Source of the DNA: a virus
Lineage: Duplodnaviria; Caudoviricetes
DNA: 64,000 nucleotides
IMG/VR virus record: IMGVR_UViG_3300024346_000014
Coordinates: 61,650 to 125,649 of that record
Direction: 5' to 3' (one strand)
Shown here: one piece after another, positions 16,712-25,512 of the stretch
Position numbering within the stretch: position 1 is the first letter of the stretch
How the letters are laid out: each line of letters begins with the position of its first letter
Program-made: the position numbers and the translations under genes
The notes under the pieces: generated by a model
What the model saw: only the letters and a program-made list of their open reading frames with translations
Database searches by the model: none
Told to the model about the DNA's origin: nothing

Positions 16712-17286
16712 TGAAAATAACTTTTTGTAAAGAAACTAAAAATAGGCTTTTAGAAATAGGCAGTGAAAAGGGCATATATATCGAGGGAAATATCTTAAAG
16801 TTAATAGAGTTCGAAGGCGATGAGGAAGTAGAGGCGTATGTGAAAAAAGCGACTAAGTTACAAAAGGAAAAACAACGAAAGCGCTTAGATGTAACTAAAC
16901 AGGTTCAAACTCAAAATAAGCAATTGATAATTGTCAAGGAAGAAATTCAAGAAGCAAACTCTAAATTAGAAGCAGCTTTAACCAACGCTGAACATTCTAA
17001 AGAAAGCGCTTTAAAAGATTTAGATATTCTTCAGAAAAAAACTCAATTTGAATTAGTTACAGTTATTGTAAAAATATCATTAGCTATCATAATAGGAGTT
17101 GGCGTTTTTACAACTGCTTTGTATATGTTTTCTATATACTATGGAAAAGAAACTCAATTAATAGGAAATACCTGGAGTAACATGTTTGGTATATTATTAA
17201 CTAACGCATTTAGCATAATAGGAACTATTATGGGAGTCAAATACGCTACTGGTGAAAATAGAAAGTCTTCACAGAAATACGATTAG
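16708..17286 (+). CDS. coiled-coil plus 2-TM membrane protein, coupled to receiver
   Basis: ATGA overlap with receiver stop; long coiled coil then two TM helices. Confidence 0.8.
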   Translation: MMKITFCKETKNRLLEIGSEKGIYIEGNILKLIEFEGDEEVEAYVKKATKLQKEKQRKRLDVTKQVQTQNKQLIIVKEEIQEANSKLEAALTNAEHSKESALKDLDILQKKTQFELVTVIVKISLAIIIGVGVFTTALYMFSIYYGKETQLIGNTWSNMFGILLTNAFSIIGTIMGVKYATGENRKSSQKYD

Positions 17287-17657
17287 AAATCTATTTCTAA
17301 ATCATCATATTCCTGCGCGTCATCTGATGGAATATCATCAACATAGTTGTCATTCCCTGTATCTAAATCATCCAGTGTTGAATCTAATATATCTTTACCG
17401 AACCTATTATAAAAGGGATATAGTAAATCTTCAATGTACAAAGAACGTGTATTGTCTGTTTTTACAAGTTTCATTGAATTTACTATGTCATTATGATTTT
17501 TTTGGAGAAAATCATTTATTAACCTAGCTCCGTCTACGTAATTATCCATAGTAGCAGCTTGAATAGCTATCTTCTTAAGACTTATTAATGGAATTAGTAT
17601 ACTATTTGAATCTTCATTAGATTCAAATATCTCTATATGTTTATGCTTCAGATTCAT
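17283..17657 (-). CDS. hypothetical protein, putative capsid-internal
   Basis: N-terminal KHIEIFES leader; acidic tail. Confidence 0.65.
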   Translation of the reverse strand: MNLKHKHIEIFESNEDSNSILIPLISLKKIAIQAATMDNYVDGARLINDFLQKNHNDIVNSMKLVKTDNTRSLYIEDLLYPFYNRFGKDILDSTLDDLDTGNDNYVDDIPSDDAQEYDDLEIDF

Positions 17658-18915
17658 CTTCGTCGAATGGATTTTCTAAATCAAAATCGAAATCTAACAT
17701 ATCTTCAAAGTCATCTCCTAATTCTTCTTCAGGTGCTTCAATAGCTTTTTCCATTTCTTTGTTGATATCATTGACATCTCCTGTTAAGATAAATTCTGCA
17801 AAACTATATAAAGCTTTCGATTTACCGTGTATTTTAATTACATCAGCAATAGATGCATATTGGCTTAAATTTCCTCCATATATATTAAAAATATCACCTA
17901 TTTCGTTTAAGTCAGCATCTTCATAATCTCCGTTAGCTTTAAGGTATGTTAAAAATGCTTTATAGTACTTATTAACAGTTTCAGCAACATCAGGGTTAGA
18001 TGAGATGATATTAGACAAATCAGCTATTTCACTAGGATCTGCGTCATCTCTTATTATTAACTGGGCATATTTCTCTGCAGCTTTTTGTTTTCTTTTTCCA
18101 AAAAGTTCATTTAATATTTTAGTAAATCTATCTGAAAAATCGGCAATGAAATTTCCACCTGTAATTTCTCTAGATTTTACTCTTTTTCTTTTAAGAGCTC
18201 TTGCTTTACCAACTCCAACTCTTCTTGGAACAGGTACCTCTCTACCTCCCATATCTTGATAAGTAGTTTCGTAATCCTCTATTTCAGGATCTAGTATATA
18301 AACGTCTATTTTTCCATCAGCTGCTGTTGGAAAATTCTTAAAGTCATTTCTTTTTCTTCTAGGCGCATCTCTATTGTTAGGATCTACTGGATATGTCAAA
18401 TCTCCTTGATAAGCTTGCCAGTCTCTCAAGATTCTTCCTTCTGCGTCCATTGTAAGTACTCTGTATTTTTTACCTCCACCTTGAGCTTTTTTACCCCATG
18501 CGCTTTCTTTACTATAAATATAATCGAAACGAGGAGCATGACCAGCATATTTACCACCTGGTTCAGGCACAGCGAGTAATATTCTGCAATCTCCCCAAGG
18601 AAGTTTTTCAAGATCTGCTAAGTAACCAGGTTGTTTATATGGATGAACTCCATAATTGTTACCTAGTAATTCTGTTTTTTTCATTCTAAAATGATCTAGT
18701 ACGTCTACAGCGTGTGTAGGTCTATTTTGTGCAATAGGAGGAAGTTCAGCTTGTCTTTGCGACCCTCCTTTAAACGTAAATGGTTTTATTTTTTCTATCG
18801 CATCTGGTAAATTATGTATTACCTTTATTAGTTTTTTAGGCACGCCTAACTTACTGAGAGTGCTTGCCATTTCGTTTATTGAAAACTCACTAAATCCTTT
18901 TAAATAGTTCTTCAT
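17641..18915 (-). CDS. hypothetical protein, putative capsid-internal
   Basis: MKNYLKGFSEFSINE leader; TATAAATA at 18937-18944 (-). Confidence 0.75.
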   Translation of the reverse strand: MKNYLKGFSEFSINEMASTLSKLGVPKKLIKVIHNLPDAIEKIKPFTFKGGSQRQAELPPIAQNRPTHAVDVLDHFRMKKTELLGNNYGVHPYKQPGYLADLEKLPWGDCRILLAVPEPGGKYAGHAPRFDYIYSKESAWGKKAQGGGKKYRVLTMDAEGRILRDWQAYQGDLTYPVDPNNRDAPRRKRNDFKNFPTAADGKIDVYILDPEIEDYETTYQDMGGREVPVPRRVGVGKARALKRKRVKSREITGGNFIADFSDRFTKILNELFGKRKQKAAEKYAQLIIRDDADPSEIADLSNIISSNPDVAETVNKYYKAFLTYLKANGDYEDADLNEIGDIFNIYGGNLSQYASIADVIKIHGKSKALYSFAEFILTGDVNDINKEMEKAIEAPEEELGDDFEDMLDFDFDLENPFDEDESEA

Positions 18916-18955
18916 TTGTAAAAAAATTCTTTTTATTATTTATAACCAGAAATAG

Positions 18956-19663
18956 TTATATTTTTATAGTATACGCAGTAACCTTACCAATGCCTTTCAA
19001 TTTAGTTAAAGGTTCACATGTATGTAGTTGTAATTCAGATAACATTCTTCCAGATCTCTTTCTTTTACCTGAATAACACTTATGACTATAGTCAGTTATA
19101 TCTATTTTAAATTTATTATCTTCTAAATATTTTACTATTTTTTCTTCCTGAGGTTTATCTAAAGAATCTGTAAAACTAAAAGCTAGTTCACCGGCCTTTG
19201 AAACAGTTGATTCCATTCGAGAAGCAGTATTGACAGTGTTTCCAAAATAATCCCATAATTTTTTATTTTGAATATTAACCTTCTTTTTATACAAAGGTCC
19301 CCATGATATCCCCATTCTAATAGACATGATTTGACCTTTTATTTTAATTGGATTCTTAACTAAATCTTTTTGTATTTCAATACCTGTTAAAATAGCTTTG
19401 TATAACGAATCTGTTCCATCCCATCCAAGCATATAACTATCGCCTATTGTTTTTATTATGTCACCTCCATTTTTTGGAACTATCTTTTCCATTCTTTTTT
19501 CATGTTCTTCTAACGCGTCAAACATTCCGTCTTTGTGTAAATTCCATAATTTAGAACTAGACTTTACATCTGTAAATAGTATGGCTTGATTTTTCTGTTG
19601 TAGTTTATCTAAATCAGATACGCTTTCAAATAATTCAAACTGAGTAATTAGGCTATTATACAT
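18956..19663 (-). CDS. class III adenylate/guanylate cyclase (single domain)
   Basis: AILFTDVKSSS, IKTIGDSYM, IRMGISWG, WDYFGNTVNTASRMES, KLKG; TATAAATA at 19682-19689 (-). Confidence 0.9.
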   Translation of the reverse strand: MYNSLITQFELFESVSDLDKLQQKNQAILFTDVKSSSKLWNLHKDGMFDALEEHEKRMEKIVPKNGGDIIKTIGDSYMLGWDGTDSLYKAILTGIEIQKDLVKNPIKIKGQIMSIRMGISWGPLYKKKVNIQNKKLWDYFGNTVNTASRMESTVSKAGELAFSFTDSLDKPQEEKIVKYLEDNKFKIDITDYSHKCYSGKRKRSGRMLSELQLHTCEPLTKLKGIGKVTAYTIKI

Positions 19664-19787
19664 ATAAAATATAATTTATATTATTTATAAAAATACTTTT
19701 ATAGTAATATGGTACTAAGTCTATATAGTCAAAAAGTACTATATGAGTATAGTACAGTGCTCCTTTTATTACATGTTTTTAGATATA

Positions 19788-20855
19788 TTATTTTAAGTAC
19801 TCTCTAGAAAAAGTACCATCTTTATATAGTATTATTACTATTCCAGAAAAATAACTAGGGTTTATTTCTTGCCCACTAATGTTTAAGTACCTAACTACTT
19901 CTTTTTCTCTTTGTCTATTATCTACGTATATTGGACCGAATATTTCAAAGTTACCGTCCCAATCTCTTTGAATTAGTCTGTAATAGTTTATTTCATGAAG
20001 TGGATTCATTTGAACACATGAATAATACTGTTGTGTATTTGAATTACCTGCGGCCGTTTGTGAATCTATTAAATTCCATTCATATGCATCTATACTCCAT
20101 TCTACATCAAATGCATCACTGTTAGATTCAGACATAGTCGACCAACTTAAAATATTATAATCATTTTTTTGTTCACCTCTAAAATATATTAATTCAACCG
20201 GTAAAGGATTGTTAACTGATCCTAACAGATATATGTCGTCTATCCACCATTCTTCGCCTGGCCTATCTACCAATGATAAAATATCAACAGCCACTTGAGT
20301 AGTTCCAAAAGGTAGAATTAATTCTAAAACGGAATATCCATCCCCCGTTAGCGTTCTATTTCCTCCTCCAGCTGGTGTAAATATATCTAAATTTCCATCT
20401 ACATTTACTGAAGCAATTTGTGAATTATAATCCCAATAAGCATTGTTAAAACCAGTGACTCTTAGTTCAGAAGAATAGTTAGAACCTCCATCGGTAGATA
20501 TTTGTACTTCTACATAATCGCTAGCATCTACGCCAGACGATCCTCCCGTTGATGTAAATCTATATGCTCCTAAATTAATTTGTATTTTATATTCCTTAAA
20601 TGGATCTAATCCTGTTATGTTTGGTAAAGAATACCAATCATATTCGTCTGTACCGCCGCCAGTTCCATAAATAACAGCTGATGTAGGTGCTGATTTTGAA
20701 GCGTTTGTAAAAAATCCAGTAGTCGGTTCTGAAAAGTACCAATTTCCATTCCAATCAAAATCTTCCATACGATCAAATTTAACAGTATCAGTATATGATT
20801 GGGAATAAAAAAATTGAGATAGTGATAAGGTTAAAAGTAAAACTAACTTATTCAT
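19788..20855 (-). CDS. secreted Bacteroidota-type surface protein (PLPVEL module, T9SS-CTD-like end)
   Basis: Signal peptide, beta-sandwich domain, NPLPVELIYF...LSWSTMSESNSDAF...YYRLIQRDWDG, C-terminal YLNISGQEI...IILYKDG. Confidence 0.75.
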   Translation of the reverse strand: MNKLVLLLTLSLSQFFYSQSYTDTVKFDRMEDFDWNGNWYFSEPTTGFFTNASKSAPTSAVIYGTGGGTDEYDWYSLPNITGLDPFKEYKIQINLGAYRFTSTGGSSGVDASDYVEVQISTDGGSNYSSELRVTGFNNAYWDYNSQIASVNVDGNLDIFTPAGGGNRTLTGDGYSVLELILPFGTTQVAVDILSLVDRPGEEWWIDDIYLLGSVNNPLPVELIYFRGEQKNDYNILSWSTMSESNSDAFDVEWSIDAYEWNLIDSQTAAGNSNTQQYYSCVQMNPLHEINYYRLIQRDWDGNFEIFGPIYVDNRQREKEVVRYLNISGQEINPSYFSGIVIILYKDGTFSREYLK

Positions 20856-20881
20856 AATATATTAAAAGTTTATTTTATATA

Positions 20882-21313
20882 TTACACTAGCTTTTCTAGT
20901 TTTATTATTAGATTAGGAGTAACTGTTTTTTCTATATTAAAATTAGTATCAATATTTGAATTTACTATAGAAGATTGACTTTTTGAATTCATCCATCCAT
21001 CTACTATTTTTCCATCTAGGCTTGATTTTACATGAGAGGCTAAGTCTGAATTTTTCTTAACCGTTATGTTCCTGGTATATTTAATTTCTATTTCATTAGG
21101 TCCCTTCTCGTGAAATATTTTAGTTTTACCAAATTTCCAACTGTTATCATTTATAAGATTAAATAGACGTCTCCCGAGAGCCCCCTTGAATATTAATTCG
21201 TTAGGTATTTCGTTATATTCAACATATAGGGAATTTATCTTGGATAAAATAAATTTTTTAAATTGTATATTAAAAAAAATATCTTCTACTAAAGGAACTT
21301 TAACAACTTGCAT
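20882..21313 (-). CDS. hypothetical protein
   Basis: 143 aa ORF in a coupled gene string. Confidence 0.7.
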   Translation of the reverse strand: MQVVKVPLVEDIFFNIQFKKFILSKINSLYVEYNEIPNELIFKGALGRRLFNLINDNSWKFGKTKIFHEKGPNEIEIKYTRNITVKKNSDLASHVKSSLDGKIVDGWMNSKSQSSIVNSNIDTNFNIEKTVTPNLIIKLEKLV

Positions 21314-21315
21314 AT

Positions 21316-21633
21316 TTACTCTTTTAATATATAAGCTATTAAACTATTTGCTTTATTTTGAATGGCTATTGATTTTAAAAAAACATCCATAGAAGCACCT
21401 TCTTTACAATTGAATTGTAGTATTTCGTCTTCGTATATTGAAAATTTCCAATTTACTTTAAGGGAATCGTGCGTTTTAAGGTTATAATTTCTAATTTCAT
21501 GAGATACTACAGAATGATGATATATAAATGATTCTTTTTCATAAAAATTAGAAGAGCATTTTAGCAATTTTACAAGTACATCATATATTGCCTCTGATTT
21601 AGAAGATTTTATTTTAACTTTCTTTCCATTCAT
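21316..21633 (-). CDS. hypothetical protein
   Basis: 105 aa ORF. Confidence 0.7.
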   Translation of the reverse strand: MNGKKVKIKSSKSEAIYDVLVKLLKCSSNFYEKESFIYHHSVVSHEIRNYNLKTHDSLKVNWKFSIYEDEILQFNCKEGASMDVFLKSIAIQNKANSLIAYILKE

Positions 21634-21913
21634 CTATTTCAGCTTGACTTGCATATCCTATAGGAGAACCGCATGTTTTACACACTTTTCTTAACCCTCC
21701 TGTATTCAGGTTAGTTGCGTTTAATAGCTTTATATCGTATCCATTTTGATGACCACATGATGCTACTAATTCGTCTAATTCTTTTAAAAGTTCCTGTAGG
21801 GTACTTCTTATTTCGGAAACCCTTTTTGAAATTACATCTTTATCAGCCAATTCTTTTTGATTTAGGTCAATGTCTATATTATTAATTTCGATATTGCTTA
21901 TGAAATGCTGCAT
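21614..21913 (-). CDS. coiled-coil plus Zn-ribbon protein
   Basis: CGH...CKTCG. Confidence 0.7.
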   Translation of the reverse strand: MQHFISNIEINNIDIDLNQKELADKDVISKRVSEIRSTLQELLKELDELVASCGHQNGYDIKLLNATNLNTGGLRKVCKTCGSPIGYASQAEIDEWKES

Positions 21914-22113
21914 TAATCCACAATTCCCATTATTTTAGATTCAGATACACTTGATACTGAAAATTCAGACATACCTTCTCCAAATTTAGTGTTTAGCTTT
22001 TCTTCTACTTCAGTGACAGATTCCGCTGAAACTAGATATTCTTCCTTAGTCGTTTGTACTTTACCGTTGTTGTCGTTTATTGATTCGAATTTAACTTTTG
22101 CTACCCAATACAT
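21913..22113 (-). CDS. DUF4494-family protein (Bacteroidota)
   Basis: W..KVKFE...NGK....EEYLV.AESVTEVE.....FSVSSVSESKI. Confidence 0.75.
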   Translation of the reverse strand: MYWVAKVKFESINDNNGKVQTTKEEYLVSAESVTEVEEKLNTKFGEGMSEFSVSSVSESKIMGIVD

Positions 22114-22393
22114 ATTTTATATTTTTTTTTAGTTTATAATTTATATTACTTATTATTCCTTTTACACCAAGCTCTTTGAGTCTATAGATGAATTGATTTA
22201 TTTCATATATACCTAATTTATAAGGTTTTTCATTATACATTACCCAATTTATAAAATATGAGTTAGTATAATTACCTACGAAATAAGCATCGTATGAACT
22301 ATATTTTTTAACAAATTTATCGTGTCCTATTTCAAGATACTCTTTTTTTAAGTAGTTCTTTTTATTAGGTATTATCTTCTTATTAAAGCTCAC
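22091..22393 (-). CDS. hypothetical protein
   Basis: 100 aa ORF. Confidence 0.65.
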   Translation of the reverse strand: MSFNKKIIPNKKNYLKKEYLEIGHDKFVKKYSSYDAYFVGNYTNSYFINWVMYNEKPYKLGIYEINQFIYRLKELGVKGIISNINYKLKKNIKYVLGSKS

Positions 22394-23342
22394 TTGAAAT
22401 AGTATTTTCTGTTTTTTCTAAGTTTTCGTTTTCAGAAACTGCTCTTCCTTTCATTTCTTCCCAGTCTCTGTTTTGTCTAACAATAGCGTTCGTAGTAGAC
22501 GCTCCAAATAAAGTAGGTAATGATGTACTTAATTCATCTGCAACATTTAATATAGCTGCCATATCTTTAGGAAAACAATGGCCTCCGTAACCAAAATCTC
22601 CATCTGGACCCGGTACCATAGTATGAGTATTTCCTATTCTAGGATCAAGTAATGTCGCTGATACTACTGAATTAAAATCTATATCATGAGAAACTGTTTT
22701 ATCTTTATTAATTGAATTAGTTAATACGTACATATCATTGAAAAAACTAACTTTAGTAGCTAAAAATAAATTAGTCATGTATTTAGTTAATTCAGCTTCT
22801 GCTGTATTTAATACTGATATATTGGCCTTTGGAAAAACCTTTTTGAAAAGATTAGTAATAGGTTTAATGTGTTCTGCCCAGTCTATTCCTAATATTATTC
22901 TATCTTGGTTTTCAAAATCTTCTACTGAATTGGCTTCAGTTAAAAATTCTGGACTAAAACTAATGCCAACTCGTCTATACTTTCTATTTAAGGACTCGGT
23001 TGTTCCAGGAGGAACAGTTGACTTAAGTACAGCTATTGTATTTTTATCTAAGCCTATGCTTGCGTCATCTATTTGACAAATAACATCTTCTACTATATTG
23101 AGATCGCATTTACCACTTTTAAACATGGGTGTAGGTACACATACAAATACAATATCACATTTTTCTACTATATTAGAAATTTCTAATTTCTCAATAACGT
23201 AATTATCCTTAGTGAATAATCCACATTTAGATTCATCTAAATCACATGTGTAAACATTATGAGTTTGTTTAAATTTTTCCCTGACGGCGGTGCCAACAAA
23301 GCCTTGACCTATTATTCCTACATTCATATCCCGTAATTCCAT
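22383..23342 (-). CDS. ugd: UDP-glucose/GDP-mannose 6-dehydrogenase (short phage form)
   Basis: GIIGQGFVG, CVPTP, KSTVPPGTT, SPEFLTE, AELTKY..N, GYGGHCFPKD; C-terminal domain absent. Confidence 0.88.
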   Translation of the reverse strand: MELRDMNVGIIGQGFVGTAVREKFKQTHNVYTCDLDESKCGLFTKDNYVIEKLEISNIVEKCDIVFVCVPTPMFKSGKCDLNIVEDVICQIDDASIGLDKNTIAVLKSTVPPGTTESLNRKYRRVGISFSPEFLTEANSVEDFENQDRIILGIDWAEHIKPITNLFKKVFPKANISVLNTAEAELTKYMTNLFLATKVSFFNDMYVLTNSINKDKTVSHDIDFNSVVSATLLDPRIGNTHTMVPGPDGDFGYGGHCFPKDMAAILNVADELSTSLPTLFGASTTNAIVRQNRDWEEMKGRAVSENENLEKTENTISSEL

Positions 23343-23369
23343 TTAAATAAATATTTTATAATATAATTT

Positions 23370-23396
23370 ATTATACCGGGATTCAGTTAACGGTTT
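23370..23396 (-). promoter_or_regulatory. AAAC-N16-GTATAAT promoter
   Basis: Upstream of ugd. Confidence 0.65.
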
Positions 23397-23416
23397 TAAA
23401 AAAGAATAAAAAATAT

Positions 23417-23881
23417 TTAATTCCTTTTATCTAGTATGTTATCAAAAGAATCAGGAAGTAAATTTATTTTACCGTTGGATTTCTTTTTGAGAAAATAAGC
23501 AAAGACAGTATACATAGTAGAGGAACCAGGTATCGGAGTAGTTAACATAACTAAAACAAATGGTAACATCTTAGGAACATCTTTTAATTGATGTAATGCT
23601 TCGTCTAACTCCTGCTTGGTTGGCATATCACTTCTAGTTTTTAAATTCAACTTGTTACGTAAGCGCCTATTAAATACATTTAACATATTGGAAGTTTCAG
23701 ATCCTTCTTTTTTAAATGCAACAATTACATTTTTGGATATTTCCTTTACTCTGCTTGCTTTATTTAGAATAAATTTTTTAAATGTTTTGTGTTCGGATTG
23801 TTTAGAATATTCCTCTAATAATAATTCATAATAGTCATTAGTAAATGATTTATACAATTCTATATGTTTATTATTCTTCAT
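23417..23881 (-). CDS. hypothetical protein with C-terminal hydrophobic hairpin
   Basis: ATG 23881 (MKNNKHIELYKSF); LPFVLVMLTTPIPGSS...LLPDSF. Confidence 0.65.
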   Translation of the reverse strand: MKNNKHIELYKSFTNDYYELLLEEYSKQSEHKTFKKFILNKASRVKEISKNVIVAFKKEGSETSNMLNVFNRRLRNKLNLKTRSDMPTKQELDEALHQLKDVPKMLPFVLVMLTTPIPGSSTMYTVFAYFLKKKSNGKINLLPDSFDNILDKRN

Positions 23882-24047
23882 TTTCTTTGTGATCAATATC
23901 GTCTTCTGAAATAGAAATGGGCATTCCTTTTAGTTGATCGTTTACGCATTTCCAACAAGTAACAGCCGTTGCTTCAGAGCTAACGTTTTTTACGGTTTCT
24001 TCGCATATTTTACAATCTAAATCTTTTCTACTGTATGATTTTTTCAT
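23871..24047 (-). CDS. small Zn-ribbon protein (not in ORF track)
   Basis: 58 aa MKKSYSRKDLDCKICEETVKNVSSEATAVTCWKCVND... Confidence 0.7.
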   Translation of the reverse strand: MKKSYSRKDLDCKICEETVKNVSSEATAVTCWKCVNDQLKGMPISISEDDIDHKENEE

Positions 24048-24460
24048 ATTGAAAGTTTAATACTTTTATTTCCATGCCTAGCATACCATCCTGATCTAGT
24101 CTCAACTGCGTATTGTGCAGGCTTTTTGCATGTAAAAATTTTTGGGTAACTATCAGGAGACATTGTCATAGAATCTATTAATTCTTTATTTGAATTAAAA
24201 AAAAGTATGTCTAAGGGAAAACTAACATCTTTCATCCAAAAAGATGCCTGTATCTCTGAAGGATACACGAATAGAATACCTTCATTATCAGAAGGCTCTT
24301 TTTCATCTTGATATCCTTTAAGTTGAGATTGAGGAGTAGACGCTATTTTTAGCTTCATTGGACATTTTCCTAAATTACAATCAATTGTCTTGTTGTCTAC
24401 TGTATCCTGTTTACAGTAGTTTTCAAATAGAAGAATTGATCTTTTGTAATTAGAGTCCAT
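24044..24460 (-). CDS. DUF192-family protein
   Basis: IASTP.....G......GILFVYP......FWMKDVSFPLDILFF...PAQYAVE. Confidence 0.85.
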   Translation of the reverse strand: MDSNYKRSILLFENYCKQDTVDNKTIDCNLGKCPMKLKIASTPQSQLKGYQDEKEPSDNEGILFVYPSEIQASFWMKDVSFPLDILFFNSNKELIDSMTMSPDSYPKIFTCKKPAQYAVETRSGWYARHGNKSIKLSI

Positions 24461-24541
24461 TTAAAAGCTGAATAAGCATAGATATCTATTATTAAAATAA
24501 CAGTTACCTATGCTTTAATATATTTTTAGCAAGGTTGAATT

Positions 24542-24895
24542 TTAAATTTCTTCTTCTTCCTCTTCTTCGTCTTCTTCAACTTCTTCGTCCTCGTCTTCGT
24601 CTTCTTCTTCGACTTCTTCGTCCTCGTCTTCTTCCTCTTCGTCTTCTCCACCTTCTAATGCAGATAATCTTTCTTCGAGGTCATCAACTACAGCTTTAAG
24701 ATCTTCCATGGTAAGTTCTTCTTCGTCTTCGCCTTCTTCCATATCTAGATCTGGATCTTCATCCATTTCATCCATATCTTCTTCAGGTGCTTCTGAATAA
24801 TTATCCATGCTCATAGCGAATTGGTTATCAGTTTCTTCCATTTCATTCAGTCTATTCTTCATGAAGGAATTAAAGTTAGCAATTTTTCTTTTCAT
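24542..24895 (-). CDS. highly acidic internal/prohead-core-like protein
   Basis: KIANFNSFMKNRLNE leader, poly-E/D; late-type promoter at 24913-24924. Confidence 0.65.
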   Translation of the reverse strand: MKRKIANFNSFMKNRLNEMEETDNQFAMSMDNYSEAPEEDMDEMDEDPDLDMEEGEDEEELTMEDLKAVVDDLEERLSALEGGEDEEEEDEDEEVEEEDEDEDEEVEEDEEEEEEEI

Positions 24896-24953
24896 TTTAC
24901 TAATGTTTATTTTATTTATATATCTGCTTTAAACAAATAAAAAACTAAAAAAA

Positions 24954-25460
24954 TTATTTAGAATTATTTAATTTATTTTCTAATTCAGATATTTGACTAT
25001 CTATCATTTGCAATTGTTGTATTCCATTTTGTAATACTAGAAACATTCCCAATTGACTTTGAGCAGAATGAGAATTTTTACCATTCATTGATCCTATAAA
25101 TACACTCATTGCTTCTATTGCATCATTCCTAACGCTCATTTTCTGTGATTCTGTAGATTTACTATCTAGTGAAGCTAAAGATGCTTCTAATGTAAGCATA
25201 AGGATACTTAATAAATAAGCTTGATTAGGACCAGACCAAGGAGTATCATTCTTAAAAGTATTTCTAATTCTTTTAAATACATCATATGTTGCATCTAAAG
25301 TAACACTTCCATTTTTTCTAAATTCCTTTAATTGAGTTAATCTTTCGTCATCCGTTAGTTCCTTTTCAGGTACATCCGGTGTTTCTGTTATTGTTTCTTT
25401 CGCGGTATTTTCTTTTTCTTCTACCGTTTCAGTTTGTTGATTTGAATTTAATTCCATCAT
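24954..25460 (-). CDS. hypothetical protein
   Basis: 168 aa; AAAC-N16-GTATAAT at 25479-25505. Confidence 0.75.
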   Translation of the reverse strand: MMELNSNQQTETVEEKENTAKETITETPDVPEKELTDDERLTQLKEFRKNGSVTLDATYDVFKRIRNTFKNDTPWSGPNQAYLLSILMLTLEASLASLDSKSTESQKMSVRNDAIEAMSVFIGSMNGKNSHSAQSQLGMFLVLQNGIQQLQMIDSQISELENKLNNSK

Positions 25461-25512
25461 AGCTAAAATTTTATTATTATTATACCTATTACTTTTAAGT
25501 AGTTTTAAAATT

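Noticed and set aside
14573-20855. Bacterial contamination or prophage boundary around the signalling genes
   Set aside because: Same AT content, phage late-promoter motifs and interleaving with capsid-leader genes; no integrase or att site seen
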